Virus record (IMG/VR): IMGVR_UViG_3300030102_007626
Location: 32,001-96,000 of that record
DNA from: a virus
Reading direction: 5' to 3' (one strand)
Length of the DNA: 64,000 nucleotides
Shown here: one piece after another, positions 1-10,373 of the stretch
Position numbering within the stretch: the stretch's first letter is position 1
Layout: each line of letters opens with the position of its first letter
The notes under the pieces: generated by a model
Seen by the model: only the letters and a program-made list of their open reading frames with translations
Databases searched by the model: none
What the model was told of the DNA's origin: nothing
Position numbers and translations under genes: made by a program

Positions 1-3
1 ACT

Positions 4-741
4 ATGGCATATATTAAGGGAGAACCTTTAAAAGAATTAAGGGAAAAAATAATTAAAATAGCTGCTTCTTATGTAGGACAAGCTTCAACAGGAGGCCAAG
101 ACTCACAGAAACATGACCCAAAATTTAATGAAAAATTAAAATCTCTTGGTTGGGTTCAAAATGGAGGAGCTTTAGGTGCTTATTGCAATTATACTGTTTT
201 ACTTATATATAGAGAAGCTATAATAGGAGGTAATAGTTTTATAGGTGGAATTGGAAATACAAATAAAAATTGGGAAGGAAAAAGATTTTTTATTGCTGTC
301 CCTATTAATTCTTCAAAATCAGGAAAAACAAGAAAAGTTCTTTATAGAACTGATTATGGTATGCAAACACCACATACAACAGCAACAAGATGGAACCATC
401 AACTGTTTAATCGTTTTATTAGTGTTTCTTCTAATTCTAATAATCTAGGAAGACCTGGAACTCCTTCTAAATTTAAAAAATATGTAGAAGAAGGTTATAT
501 TCTCCCAGGAGATAGTGTTTTATTTGATTGGAAGGAAAGTCCACAATTACCTCGAACAGAAGATCATATAGGTATTTATATAGCTCCTGCAAATAGTACT
601 TATACACATGCTATATGTATAGAGGGCAATACAAGACCCGAAGGTGCGGCATATGGAAATCCAAATGGTGTTTGGATGAGACTACGACCAATAAGTCAAA
701 TTATGGGGTTTAATCAATTAGTATTAAGAGAAAACATGTAG
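4..741 (+). CDS. CHAP/NlpC-P60-like peptidoglycan hydrolase
   Basis: IAASYVGQ...AYC (Cys), DHIGIY (His), CIEGNT: CHAP-type motif order. Confidence 0.6.
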   Translation: MAYIKGEPLKELREKIIKIAASYVGQASTGGQDSQKHDPKFNEKLKSLGWVQNGGALGAYCNYTVLLIYREAIIGGNSFIGGIGNTNKNWEGKRFFIAVPINSSKSGKTRKVLYRTDYGMQTPHTTATRWNHQLFNRFISVSSNSNNLGRPGTPSKFKKYVEEGYILPGDSVLFDWKESPQLPRTEDHIGIYIAPANSTYTHAICIEGNTRPEGAAYGNPNGVWMRLRPISQIMGFNQLVLRENM

Positions 742-744
742 ATT

Positions 745-1671
745 ATGCCTTATTATCCACTTTCCCAAATACAAACCGACTTCTTTACTAATGGAGATGA
801 ATATGCTTTTATAAACACCGAGGAACTTTATACAGGCCCATACTATAAAACTTCTGATGGAAAATTTTATTCAGGAAAAATCCCAAACCAACAATCAAAA
901 GAATTAATCCCTGTTAATCCTGCTACTCTTAAACCCCCAACTGGCCCAAATTTTTCAATAAAACCTTCAGAAAATTCAATTAATATTGTTGGAGGTCCAA
1001 CACAAACTGATAATCCTATATATGATCCTAATGGAAACTTTTTACCTACCTCAGATAACTCAGGGTATATTTTTGATGGGAATTCAAGAATATTACCCAC
1101 TCCTTATTATCCTATTTTAACCCAAAAACAAAAAAATAATAAACAGTTTACAAGGTATTTTACTAAAAAAACAAATGAACTAAAATATATAGAAATTGAT
1201 AAAATAACTTATGATGCTTTACTAAACAAAGAAGCGGATATTGCTTATGATCTATATGAACCTGCTTCTCTTATTTGGAGAATAGAAGGAGATAGAACAG
1301 AAATATTTAACTCAAATAAAGGATCAGCTTTATCAGTTGAACAACAATCTAGATGGCCAGGTTTTTCTCAATATTTTAAAGATAAGTTTACACAATTTTA
1401 TCAAACACAAACAGTCCAAGAAAATTTATATACAAATGGGGGTGAATTTCAAACCCCTGACGGAAAAGAATATATAGGTCCGTATCATCTCCATCCTGAA
1501 AAAGGAGCTATGGTAGGTGCTGTTCATGTAAAGAAAAAACATGATTTATTATTTCCTTTATCTCCTGATGCTCCTCAAATTGAAACACCACCCCCATCTC
1601 AACCAAAACAACCATCAACATCTCCTCCTTCAATGGGTGGAGGAGGATATTCTGGTGGAGGAGGATATTAA
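745..1671 (+). CDS. Hypothetical, possibly virion protein, with internal repeat and Pro/Gly tail
   Basis: 308 aa; FFTNGDEY..YTGPYY and LYTNGGEF..YIGPYH; C-terminal GGGGYSGGGGY. Confidence 0.55.
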   Translation: MPYYPLSQIQTDFFTNGDEYAFINTEELYTGPYYKTSDGKFYSGKIPNQQSKELIPVNPATLKPPTGPNFSIKPSENSINIVGGPTQTDNPIYDPNGNFLPTSDNSGYIFDGNSRILPTPYYPILTQKQKNNKQFTRYFTKKTNELKYIEIDKITYDALLNKEADIAYDLYEPASLIWRIEGDRTEIFNSNKGSALSVEQQSRWPGFSQYFKDKFTQFYQTQTVQENLYTNGGEFQTPDGKEYIGPYHLHPEKGAMVGAVHVKKKHDLLFPLSPDAPQIETPPPSQPKQPSTSPPSMGGGGYSGGGGY

Positions 1672-1676
1672 AATAT

Positions 1677-1705
1677 TTGTTTTTTTAAATATTTTTTAGT
1701 ATCTT
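1677..1705 (+). promoter_or_regulatory. Bacteroidota-type promoter (TTG-N20-TAnnT)
   Basis: TTGT at 1677, TATCTT at 1700; the same 23-nt offset recurs at about 20 intergenic sites. Confidence 0.5.
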
Positions 1706-1711
1706 AATCTT

Positions 1712-2989
1712 ATGTATTGGCTTATAGAAAATCAAACTAAGATAGATCATCTTTGTCAAATAAAACACAAAGAAGCGTATGTTGAGGTAATTCCAACATC
1801 ACCATTTCTACACCCTGTAGAAAATAATATATGTGCTATCTATATTAGACCAATAACAGATACAAAAGGATATATTATTCCAATAAATCATAGTGAAACA
1901 ATAAATTTTAATATAGAAGAAGGAATAAAAGTATTAAATAGCATAGAAAACATTCACATAAGGGATAAAAAGGAATTTCTACATTATATAAAAGAAGTAC
2001 CATTTAATAACTTACTACAACCACCCCCATCCCTTACTACGTATATACCAGAATTAACCCCTGCTCATAACCATATTAATCAAAATAGTGGTGGACGTGT
2101 GCATACTAACCCATTAATACCAATAGTTAAACACTATGAGGTATGTAAAGAAAATTATAGAAATTTTACATTTACAAAACCAAATTTGTTTTATAATAAT
2201 AGAGCATCAATTGTGTTTAATATGATAGAACAAGCGGGAATTAAAGTAGATAACACGTTGTATCAACATTATTTTGATAAAGGCACTAATGATGGCTATG
2301 TATACACACAATATAATTTTAACACAACAACTACGAGACCCTCTAATAGATATGGAGGTGTAAATTACTCGGCATTAAATAAAGAAAATGGAGAAAGAAA
2401 ATGTTTTAAACCGCGTAACGACTTATTTATCGAAATGGATATTAGTGCTTACCATCCTACCCTTTTGGCTAGTCTCTGTGATTATAACTTTCATACTGTG
2501 GATGTTCATGAGTCTTTTGCTGAAATGTATGGAGTTGACTACAATAAAGCCAAAGAAATTACGTTTAAGCAAATCTATGGAGGGATTTGGGAAAAGTATG
2601 AACATCTTCCGTATTTTAAAAAAGTAAAAGTATATACAAATAAATTATGGGAAGAGTTTCAAACAAAAGGATATATAGAATGTCCAATATCTAAATATAG
2701 ATTTGAAAGAGATAAGCTGGATAATATGAATCCACAAAAACTTTTAAATTATTTACTACAAAACTTGGAAACCTCAACTAATGTTCTTATACTATGGGAT
2801 ATTTTTAAACTTTTACGAAGAAAAAATACTAAACTCGTATTATATGTTTATGATTCGTTTTTATTAGATTATGATGAAAGTGAGGCAGAAGTTTTAGAAC
2901 AAATTAAAGAAATATTTAAACAAAGAAATTTACAAATTAAAACAAAAATAGGCAAAGATTATAGTTTTGCAACAACAAATTATGCTTAA
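1712..2989 (+). CDS. Short family A DNA polymerase-like protein
   Basis: TTTTRPS, motif A DISAYHPTLL, motif B AKEITFKQIYGG, LQNLET, motif C YVYDSFLLD. Confidence 0.8.
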   Translation: MYWLIENQTKIDHLCQIKHKEAYVEVIPTSPFLHPVENNICAIYIRPITDTKGYIIPINHSETINFNIEEGIKVLNSIENIHIRDKKEFLHYIKEVPFNNLLQPPPSLTTYIPELTPAHNHINQNSGGRVHTNPLIPIVKHYEVCKENYRNFTFTKPNLFYNNRASIVFNMIEQAGIKVDNTLYQHYFDKGTNDGYVYTQYNFNTTTTRPSNRYGGVNYSALNKENGERKCFKPRNDLFIEMDISAYHPTLLASLCDYNFHTVDVHESFAEMYGVDYNKAKEITFKQIYGGIWEKYEHLPYFKKVKVYTNKLWEEFQTKGYIECPISKYRFERDKLDNMNPQKLLNYLLQNLETSTNVLILWDIFKLLRRKNTKLVLYVYDSFLLDYDESEAEVLEQIKEIFKQRNLQIKTKIGKDYSFATTNYA

Positions 2990-3443
2990 TACTTTAGAAG
3001 ATTCACTCCATACGTATAATAAATATGACTTTAATAGTTATATGGATATTACATCAATGAATAATAGACTGTTTTGTACTTTTACTACTTTAGATGAATT
3101 AGATGCTCTAGTTGAGCAACTATCAAGTAAATATATTATAATGTATAACAAAATGTTTGCATTACAAGTTAAAAGTAACAATGAATATGTTATAACCTAT
3201 AATGTTGATCAAGGTAATATTAATGATATACCTGAAAATACTATTCTTGTACATAGAAAAAAAGAATCTAATACTTTATATACAATAAATGCTCTTAATG
3301 AGTTAATAAAAAAATTAAATAATGGGGTAGTTGATACTAAATTTCCTATAAATTGGCAACATTATAGAAATTGTATTTTGCTTACCCAACATAACGAAAT
3401 TAAACAACTAAATACAAAAATTCATAAAATTATTGAATTATAG
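2967..3443 (+). CDS. Hypothetical protein (true start probably downstream)
   Basis: ORF overlapping the PolA end, typical codon usage. Confidence 0.6.
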   Translation: MQQQIMLNTLEDSLHTYNKYDFNSYMDITSMNNRLFCTFTTLDELDALVEQLSSKYIIMYNKMFALQVKSNNEYVITYNVDQGNINDIPENTILVHRKKESNTLYTINALNELIKKLNNGVVDTKFPINWQHYRNCILLTQHNEIKQLNTKIHKIIEL

Positions 3444-3472
3444 TTGGATATTAAAATAAAGGTTATTATATT
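3444..3472 (+). promoter_or_regulatory. Promoter (TTGG-N19-TATATT)
   Basis: Conserved spacing, upstream of the SSB operon. Confidence 0.55.
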
Positions 3473-3503
3473 ATAGTTACAAATTTTTAAATAAGTTATC
3501 AAT

Positions 3504-4331
3504 ATGAATCTAGATGCAATCAAGAAAAAACTTGACACATTACAACAATCTTCTAATAATGGAAGTAACAAAGCTGACTACCCTCAGCTGAAAAAATTTA
3601 AACCCTCTGTAGGTAAACAAACAGTAAGAGTTGTACCATTTAAGTACAATAAGGATTATCCTTTTACTGAAATGAAATTTTATTATAACATTGGTAAGTT
3701 TAGAATGCTTGCTTCTCCTTTAAATTGGGATGAAAAAGACCCAATTGCTGAGTTTGCAAAGCAACTTAGAGGTACTAATGATAAGGAAAATTGGCGTTTA
3801 GCTAAAAAACTAGACCCTAAAACTCGTATATTTGTCCCTGTAGTTGTTAGAGGACAAGAATCAGAAGGAGTTCAAATGTGGGAATTTGGAAAATTAATTT
3901 ATGAAGCATTCCTAAATTTAGCTGCTGATGAAGAAGTAGGTGATTTTACAGATATTGTAAATGGTAGAGATATTAAACTAGTTACTACTGGTCCTGATAC
4001 TAATGGTACTAAATATAATGCTACTACAATTTCACCATCAATGAAACAAACCCCTTTATCAACTGATAAAGCACAAGTTGAAACGTTTTTAAATGATCAA
4101 CAAAATCCTAAAGAAACATTCCGTCCACTTCCATTTGATACTCTTAAAGGTGCTCTTCAAGAATGGTTATCACCTGAAGAAGATGAAGAAGGAGAAATTT
4201 CATCTGAACCCCCTGTAGGATTTGATGATGAAAAACCTGAATCAAACTATAGTCTTTCTACTAAAAAGAAAGAAACTAAAGTAGATAAGTTTGATGAAAT
4301 GTTTGATAAAGAAGACGATTTACCATTTTAA
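3504..4331 (+). CDS. Single-stranded DNA-binding protein (T4 gp32-like)
   Basis: VRVVP, DPIAEF, WEFGK, DIVNGRDI motifs; acidic tail ending DDLPF; replication context. Confidence 0.75.
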   Translation: MNLDAIKKKLDTLQQSSNNGSNKADYPQLKKFKPSVGKQTVRVVPFKYNKDYPFTEMKFYYNIGKFRMLASPLNWDEKDPIAEFAKQLRGTNDKENWRLAKKLDPKTRIFVPVVVRGQESEGVQMWEFGKLIYEAFLNLAADEEVGDFTDIVNGRDIKLVTTGPDTNGTKYNATTISPSMKQTPLSTDKAQVETFLNDQQNPKETFRPLPFDTLKGALQEWLSPEEDEEGEISSEPPVGFDDEKPESNYSLSTKKKETKVDKFDEMFDKEDDLPF

Positions 4332-4341
4332 ATAAAGTTAT

Positions 4342-5418
4342 ATGCCAAGAAAAAGAAAATCACTGTCTGAAGCAGTAGATAAGGAACTAAAATCTAGTTT
4401 TAATTTAAATAGTTTTAAAAATAAAAAGGGTTTAGCATCTAATGTAAAATTTAAAGCACAAGACTGGGTACCACTTTCACCGGCATTTCAAGAAGTTACA
4501 TCAGTACCAGGAATACCTTTAGGCCATATTGTTTTACTTAGAGGACATTCAGATACAGGAAAAACTACCGCGCTACTCGAGGCAGCAGTTGCTGCTCAAA
4601 AGCGTGGTATACTACCTGTTTTTATCATTACAGAAATGAAATGGTCATGGGAACATGCTAAAATGATGGGTTTTGAAGTTAATGAAATATTTGATGAAGA
4701 AACAGGTGAGTTAATTGATTATGAAGGTCAATTTCTTTATGTTGATAGAGAAACTATTAACACAATTGAAGATGTTGCTGCGTTTATTTTAGATTTAATG
4801 GATGAACAAAAGAAAGGTAATTTACCATATGATCTTTTATTTTTATGGGATTCAATTGGTTCTGTACCTTGTGAAATGTCTGTTAAATCAAACAAAAATA
4901 ATAATGAATGGAACGCAGGTGCTATGTCAACTCAATTTGGAAATAATGTTAATCAGCGTATTACATTATCACGTAAAGAAAGCTCAAAATACACGAATAC
5001 TTTAGTTTGTGTCAATAAAGTTTGGGCAGCTAAACCTGTTGTACCTATGGGACAACCTAAATTAATGAATAAAGGAGGATTTGCAATGTGGTTTGACGCT
5101 ACATTTGTAGTAACATTTGGAAATATTGCAGACTCTGGTACTTCAAAATTAAAAGCTATCAAAGATGGTAAACAAGTAGAATTTGCTAAACGAACAAATT
5201 TACAAATTGATAAAAACCATATTAATGGTATACAATCTAGAGGAAGAATTATAATGACTCCTCATGGATTTATTACAGATACAGATAAAGATTTAAAGAA
5301 GTATAAAGAATCACAAGCAGAAGAATGGAGACACGTGTTAGGAGGAGGAGACTTTAATATAATTGAAGAAAATTCCGATACTTCACAAGTTGAATCCTTT
5401 ATAAACGAACCAGAATAA
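4342..5418 (+). CDS. uvsX: RecA/UvsX-like recombinase
   Basis: GIPLGHIVLLRGHSDTGKT (Walker A), LFLWDSIGS (Walker B). Confidence 0.8.
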   Translation: MPRKRKSLSEAVDKELKSSFNLNSFKNKKGLASNVKFKAQDWVPLSPAFQEVTSVPGIPLGHIVLLRGHSDTGKTTALLEAAVAAQKRGILPVFIITEMKWSWEHAKMMGFEVNEIFDEETGELIDYEGQFLYVDRETINTIEDVAAFILDLMDEQKKGNLPYDLLFLWDSIGSVPCEMSVKSNKNNNEWNAGAMSTQFGNNVNQRITLSRKESSKYTNTLVCVNKVWAAKPVVPMGQPKLMNKGGFAMWFDATFVVTFGNIADSGTSKLKAIKDGKQVEFAKRTNLQIDKNHINGIQSRGRIIMTPHGFITDTDKDLKKYKESQAEEWRHVLGGGDFNIIEENSDTSQVESFINEPE

Positions 5419-5425
5419 AAGTTAT

Positions 5426-6454
5426 ATGAAAAAAGACCTTCTAAATCTCCTAGATAATATTCAAGAAACAGGAGTAAAATTGCCACAACCTGAAAGATAT
5501 ATGCTTATCGACGGCCTAAATCTATTTTTTAGAAATTTTAGTGTTATAAGAGCTGTCAACCCCGATGGAGCACATATTGGGGGTTTAGGAGGATTTTTTC
5601 GTTCATTAGGTTTTTTAATTAAACAAATTCAACCAACTCAAGTATATGTTGTGTTTGATGGGGTTGGTTCTTCTAATAATAGAAAAAATATTATTCCTGA
5701 ATATAAATCTAATAGAAATATTAATAGAATTACTAATTGGGATATATTTGATAATATAGAAGAAGAAGATCAAGCTAAAGTTGATCAAATTACTAGAATA
5801 ATTCAATATTTAAAAACATTACCTGTAAAGACTATTTCAATTGATAAAGTAGAAGCAGATGATATTATAGCTTATTTAGCTCAAACATTACCTACTAAAC
5901 CTGATGATAGAGCTTTTATAGTATCTAGTGATAAAGATTATCTTCAATTAGTTGATAATAATACTGTTGTTTATAGACCAATAGAAAAAGAATTTTATGT
6001 AGAACAAACAGTAAAAGATAAATTTAAAGTTACTCCACATAATTTTTTATTATATAAACTATTAATGGGAGATAATTCAGATGGTATACCGGGTATAAAA
6101 GGATTAGGACTTAAAAAGTTATATAAATTATTCCCTGAACTTACAGAAAAAAACATGTCTTTTAATGATTTACTTAATTTATGTGAAAACAAATTAAAAA
6201 GTCATATAATATATGCTCGTGTTTTACATGACATAGAATTATTAGAAAATAAATATAAGGTTATGGATCTATCAAACCCTATGATAGATGATAAGGATAA
6301 AATATTTATAGATAAATTTGTAGAAAATACACCTATAAATTATTTACCTTCACAATTTATAGAAATGTATCAACAAGATCAACTTGGAGGTTTAATAAGA
6401 AATGTTGATATATGGATTAAAGAAGTTTTTGAAAATTTGTTGGAAAACAAATAA
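5426..6454 (+). CDS. 5'-3' exonuclease / flap endonuclease (T4 RNase H-like)
   Basis: LIDGLN, VVFDG, EYKSNR, EADDII, SSDKDYLQL, GDNSDGIPGIKGLG. Confidence 0.9.
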   Translation: MKKDLLNLLDNIQETGVKLPQPERYMLIDGLNLFFRNFSVIRAVNPDGAHIGGLGGFFRSLGFLIKQIQPTQVYVVFDGVGSSNNRKNIIPEYKSNRNINRITNWDIFDNIEEEDQAKVDQITRIIQYLKTLPVKTISIDKVEADDIIAYLAQTLPTKPDDRAFIVSSDKDYLQLVDNNTVVYRPIEKEFYVEQTVKDKFKVTPHNFLLYKLLMGDNSDGIPGIKGLGLKKLYKLFPELTEKNMSFNDLLNLCENKLKSHIIYARVLHDIELLENKYKVMDLSNPMIDDKDKIFIDKFVENTPINYLPSQFIEMYQQDQLGGLIRNVDIWIKEVFENLLENK

Positions 6455-6469
6455 AATATTTTTACATTT
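6440..6469 (+). promoter_or_regulatory. Promoter (TTGG-N19-TACATT)
   Basis: Conserved spacing, upstream of the helicase. Confidence 0.5.
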
Positions 6470-6486
6470 AAATAAAAGTTATAAAA

Positions 6487-7845
6487 ATGACGTTAAAATC
6501 AATTGACGAATACGGATCAGTCTTTCAAATGAAGGTTATTTCTTCATTGTTAACACATAAGAATTTTTTACAAAATATAAATGATGTTTTAGATAGTGAA
6601 TATTTTACCAACCCAGCACATAAATGGATTATAAATGAAATATTAGATTATTACGAAAAATATCATACTACTATTTCAATGGATATTTTAAAAGTTGAAA
6701 TGAAAAAAGTAGAAAATGAAGTACTTCAAGTTTCAATTAGAGAACAGTTACGTGAAGCATATAAAGCAGATATAGAAGATTTAACTTATGTTCAAGAAGA
6801 ATTTTCTGCATTTTGTAAAAATCAACAACTTAAAAAAGCACTATTAAATAGCGTAGATTTACTTAAAGCAGGTGATTATGATTCTATAAAGTTTATGATT
6901 GAAGCAGCTATGAAAGCTGGTCAAGATAAAAATATAGGACATGAATATAGAAAAGACGTAGAGTCTAGATATAGAGAAGACCATAGAACAATTGTTCCAA
7001 CTCCTTGGGAACCTATAAATCAATTAATACAAGGTGGTTTAGGTAATGGTGATTTAGGATTAATATTTGGTAATCCTGGAGGAGGTAAATCTTGGACATT
7101 AGTTGCTTTAGGAGGATTTGCTGTTAAATTAGGTTATAATGTAATCCATTATACTTTAGAACTAAGTGAATCATATACAGGAAGACGATATGACGCTTAT
7201 TTTACTAGTATAGCTGTAGATAATCTAGAAAAACATAAAACTAAAGTAGAAGAAGTAGTACCTGAACTCCCAGGTGAATTAATAATTAAAGAATATCCTA
7301 TGGGTAAAACTACTATGTCTACAATAGAAGCCCATATTAAAAAAGTTACTGATTTAGGAATTAAACCTGATTTAATTCTTATTGACTATATTGACCTTCT
7401 TTCAACAAAAAAGAAAAATGTTGATCGTAAAGGAGAAATAGATGATATTTATACTAGTACAAAAGGATTAGCAAGACAGTTAAACATACCTATTTGGTCA
7501 GTTTCACAAGTAAATCGTGCAGGTGCTAAAGATAATGTCATAGAAGGAGACAAAGCAGCTGGTAGTTACGATAAAATGATGATTACAGATTTGTCTATAT
7601 CCTTATCAAGAAAAAAAGAAGATAAAGTAAACGGAACAGGAAGATTTCACATTATGAAAAATCGATATGGGATGGATGGCCTTACTTACCAAGTTGGTGT
7701 TGACACAACTATTGGGAAAATAGAGATTGGAGATGTTTATGATGATGAAGCTGATACTGTTACACCTGGCTCTTCAAGTTATAATACTGTTGACGACTTA
7801 GATCGTCAAATGCTGAAAAACAAATTTTTTGAATTAAACACTTAA
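6487..7845 (+). CDS. dnaB: Replicative DnaB/gp41-like helicase
   Basis: GNPGGGKS, YTLEL, ILIDYIDLL, SQVNR, KNRYG. Confidence 0.9.
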   Translation: MTLKSIDEYGSVFQMKVISSLLTHKNFLQNINDVLDSEYFTNPAHKWIINEILDYYEKYHTTISMDILKVEMKKVENEVLQVSIREQLREAYKADIEDLTYVQEEFSAFCKNQQLKKALLNSVDLLKAGDYDSIKFMIEAAMKAGQDKNIGHEYRKDVESRYREDHRTIVPTPWEPINQLIQGGLGNGDLGLIFGNPGGGKSWTLVALGGFAVKLGYNVIHYTLELSESYTGRRYDAYFTSIAVDNLEKHKTKVEEVVPELPGELIIKEYPMGKTTMSTIEAHIKKVTDLGIKPDLILIDYIDLLSTKKKNVDRKGEIDDIYTSTKGLARQLNIPIWSVSQVNRAGAKDNVIEGDKAAGSYDKMMITDLSISLSRKKEDKVNGTGRFHIMKNRYGMDGLTYQVGVDTTIGKIEIGDVYDDEADTVTPGSSSYNTVDDLDRQMLKNKFFELNT

Positions 7846-7859
7846 TACTTTACTAAATT

Positions 7860-9722
7860 ATGACAAACCTTGACACCCCACAGAAAATCTTTTCAGATAT
7901 TGTTGTGTATAACAAATACTCAAAATATTTACCTGAAAAACAAAGAAGAGAAACTTGGGAAGAGTTAGTAACTAGGAATAAAAATATGCATAAAGAAAAA
8001 TTTCCTATGTTACAAAATGAAATTGAAGATCTTTATAAACTAGTTTATGATAAAAAAGTTCTTCCTTCTATGAGAAGTCTTCAATTTGCTGGAAAGCCTA
8101 TTGGCATAAATAATTCTAGAATATTTAATTGTTCTTATTTACCAATTGAAAATTGGGTAGCTTTTAGTGAAACAATGTTTTTATTACTTTCAGGGTGTGG
8201 AGTTGGATATTCAGTACAAAAACACCATGTTGAAAAACTACCAGAAATAAAAAGGCCTACTAAAACAAGAAGATTTTTAGTTGGGGATTCAATAGAAGGT
8301 TGGGCTGATGCTGTAAAAGTATTAATGAAAAGTTATTTTGGTATTTCAAATTCAAGACCTAAATTTGATTTTAGAGATATTAGACCAAAAGGAGCAGAAT
8401 TAATTACAGTAGGAGGAAAAGCCCCAGGACCAGAACCATTAAAAGAGTGTTTATTTCAAATACAAAAAGTACTTGATAGAAAAAAAGATGGTGAACAATT
8501 AAAACCAATTGAAGTCCATGATATTATTTGTCATATAGCTGATGCTGTACTATCAGGTGGAATTAGAAGAGCAGCATTAATTTCATTGTTTGATCTACAT
8601 GATGAAGAAATGTTAACATGTAAATATGGGAACTGGTGGGAAAATAACCCACAAAGAGGTAGGGCTAATAATTCAGCTGTTACTATTCGTTCAAAAGTTA
8701 GAAAAAAAGACTTTTTTAGTCTTTGGGAAAAAATAGTAGCAAGTAATTCTGGGGAACCTGGAATATATTTTTCAAATGATAAAGATTGGGGAACTAACCC
8801 ATGCTGTGAAATTGCTTTACGTCCTTATCAATTTTGTAATCTTACAGAAGTAAATGTATCAAATATTGAATCACAAGAAGATTTAAATACTAGAGTAAAA
8901 GCCGCTTCTTTTTTAGGTACTTTGCAAGCAAGTTATACTGATTTTCATTATTTAAGAGATATATGGAATAAAACAACAGAAAGAGATGCTTTGTTAGGTG
9001 TTGGAATGACAGGAATAGGTTCAGGAAAAGTTTTAAAATATAATTTAAAAGAAGCAGCTGAAGAAGCTAAGAAAACAAATGAAGAGATTGCTAGTATTAT
9101 AGGTGTTAATAAAGCTGCTAGAGTTACAACAGTAAAACCATCAGGAACTAGTTCATTAGTATTAGGTACTTCATCTGGTATTCACGCTTGGCATAATGAT
9201 TATTATATTCGTAGAATGAGATTAGGTAAAAATGAAGCTTTATATCAATATTTAGCAAAACATCATCCTGAATTAGTAGAAGATGATTTCTTTAAACCAA
9301 CTATACAAGCAGTAATTTCTATCCCTCAAAAATCACCTAAAGGTTCAATTTTAAGAACAGAATCAGCAATTGATTTACTTGAAAGAACTAAGAAATTTAA
9401 TATGGAATGGGTAAAAGAAGGGCATAGAAAAGGAGACAACACAAATAACGTATCTGCTACTATATCAGTTAAACAAGAGGAATGGGAAAAAGTAGGACAA
9501 TGGATGTGGGAAAATAGAAAAACATTTAATGGTTTATCTGTTCTACCTTATGATAATGGTAGTTATACACAAGCTCCTTTTGAAGACATTACTGAAGAAA
9601 AATATAATAAAATGAAGGGTCATTTAAATAATATTGATTTAACTCTAATCAAAGAAACTACAGACGAAACAGACTTAAATGGTCAAGTTGCTTGTGCTGG
9701 AGGTGCTTGTGAAGTAATGTAG
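7860..9722 (+). CDS. nrdJ: Class II (B12-dependent) ribonucleotide reductase
   Basis: LPSMR, FNCS, GIRRAA, TNPCCEI, TVKPSGT, C-terminal CAGGAC; no small subunit nearby. Confidence 0.9.
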   Translation: MTNLDTPQKIFSDIVVYNKYSKYLPEKQRRETWEELVTRNKNMHKEKFPMLQNEIEDLYKLVYDKKVLPSMRSLQFAGKPIGINNSRIFNCSYLPIENWVAFSETMFLLLSGCGVGYSVQKHHVEKLPEIKRPTKTRRFLVGDSIEGWADAVKVLMKSYFGISNSRPKFDFRDIRPKGAELITVGGKAPGPEPLKECLFQIQKVLDRKKDGEQLKPIEVHDIICHIADAVLSGGIRRAALISLFDLHDEEMLTCKYGNWWENNPQRGRANNSAVTIRSKVRKKDFFSLWEKIVASNSGEPGIYFSNDKDWGTNPCCEIALRPYQFCNLTEVNVSNIESQEDLNTRVKAASFLGTLQASYTDFHYLRDIWNKTTERDALLGVGMTGIGSGKVLKYNLKEAAEEAKKTNEEIASIIGVNKAARVTTVKPSGTSSLVLGTSSGIHAWHNDYYIRRMRLGKNEALYQYLAKHHPELVEDDFFKPTIQAVISIPQKSPKGSILRTESAIDLLERTKKFNMEWVKEGHRKGDNTNNVSATISVKQEEWEKVGQWMWENRKTFNGLSVLPYDNGSYTQAPFEDITEEKYNKMKGHLNNIDLTLIKETTDETDLNGQVACAGGACEVM

Positions 9723-9724
9723 TT

Positions 9725-9820
9725 ATGAGACATGATGATTGGATAACAAGATTGTATTATAATCTAGATATTTCGCACTTGCCTATAGAGTCCTCTTATT
9801 TTACTTATATTTATAATTAA
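9725..9820 (+). CDS. Small ORF, 31 aa (MRHDDWITRLYY...)
   Basis: Hand-translated; AGTTATG start context right after the nrdJ stop. Confidence 0.4.
   Translation: MRHDDWITRLYYNLDISHLPIESSYFTYIYN
9807..9816 (+). promoter_or_regulatory. Putative late-promoter motif ATATTTATAA
   Basis: Same motif precedes several leader-bearing genes. Confidence 0.5.
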
Positions 9821-9829
9821 ATTGTCTAA

Positions 9830-10342
9830 ATGCTTAAATTGAAAGATATATTACTTGAAGTATTACAAGATATAACTCCTCAATTTCAAAACATATCTAA
9901 ATATAACGGTACCCCTCTTGATACTATGTATGATTTTGGAGGATCAGATTATGTTAGTGTTAATCCTGAAAGTAAGGGTATTAAAAATATAATAGTAGTA
10001 GACATAGTAGACCCTTATATAGAGGATTTTGAAGATAAAAATATCTATTTTATTAAAAAAAATTTATTTGTTCCTGTTAATTTACCAACACAAGCTAAAG
10101 AAATCCAAGCTAATAAACTAATAAGATATGCAGGCAATAAAGAAGATATTATTATAGATAATATAGATAAACACCTTATAAAAGGAGGGATTCTTCGTAT
10201 TTTTGAAGACTCAGATGAAGATGATAATTATGATTCATTAATGTTAAGAATAATAGAAAAATTTAAATTAAAAGGGTATAGTGTTATTAAAATTGATGGT
10301 ATTAACTATGGAGATGTAGAATTAGCTATTTTAAAAAAATAA
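9830..10342 (+). CDS. Hypothetical protein with MLKLKDILLE leader
   Basis: Leader resembles those of 30988 and 56726. Confidence 0.6.
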   Translation: MLKLKDILLEVLQDITPQFQNISKYNGTPLDTMYDFGGSDYVSVNPESKGIKNIIVVDIVDPYIEDFEDKNIYFIKKNLFVPVNLPTQAKEIQANKLIRYAGNKEDIIIDNIDKHLIKGGILRIFEDSDEDDNYDSLMLRIIEKFKLKGYSVIKIDGINYGDVELAILKK

Positions 10343-10373
10343 TTAGTAATATGTATAATCAAAAATAATAAGT

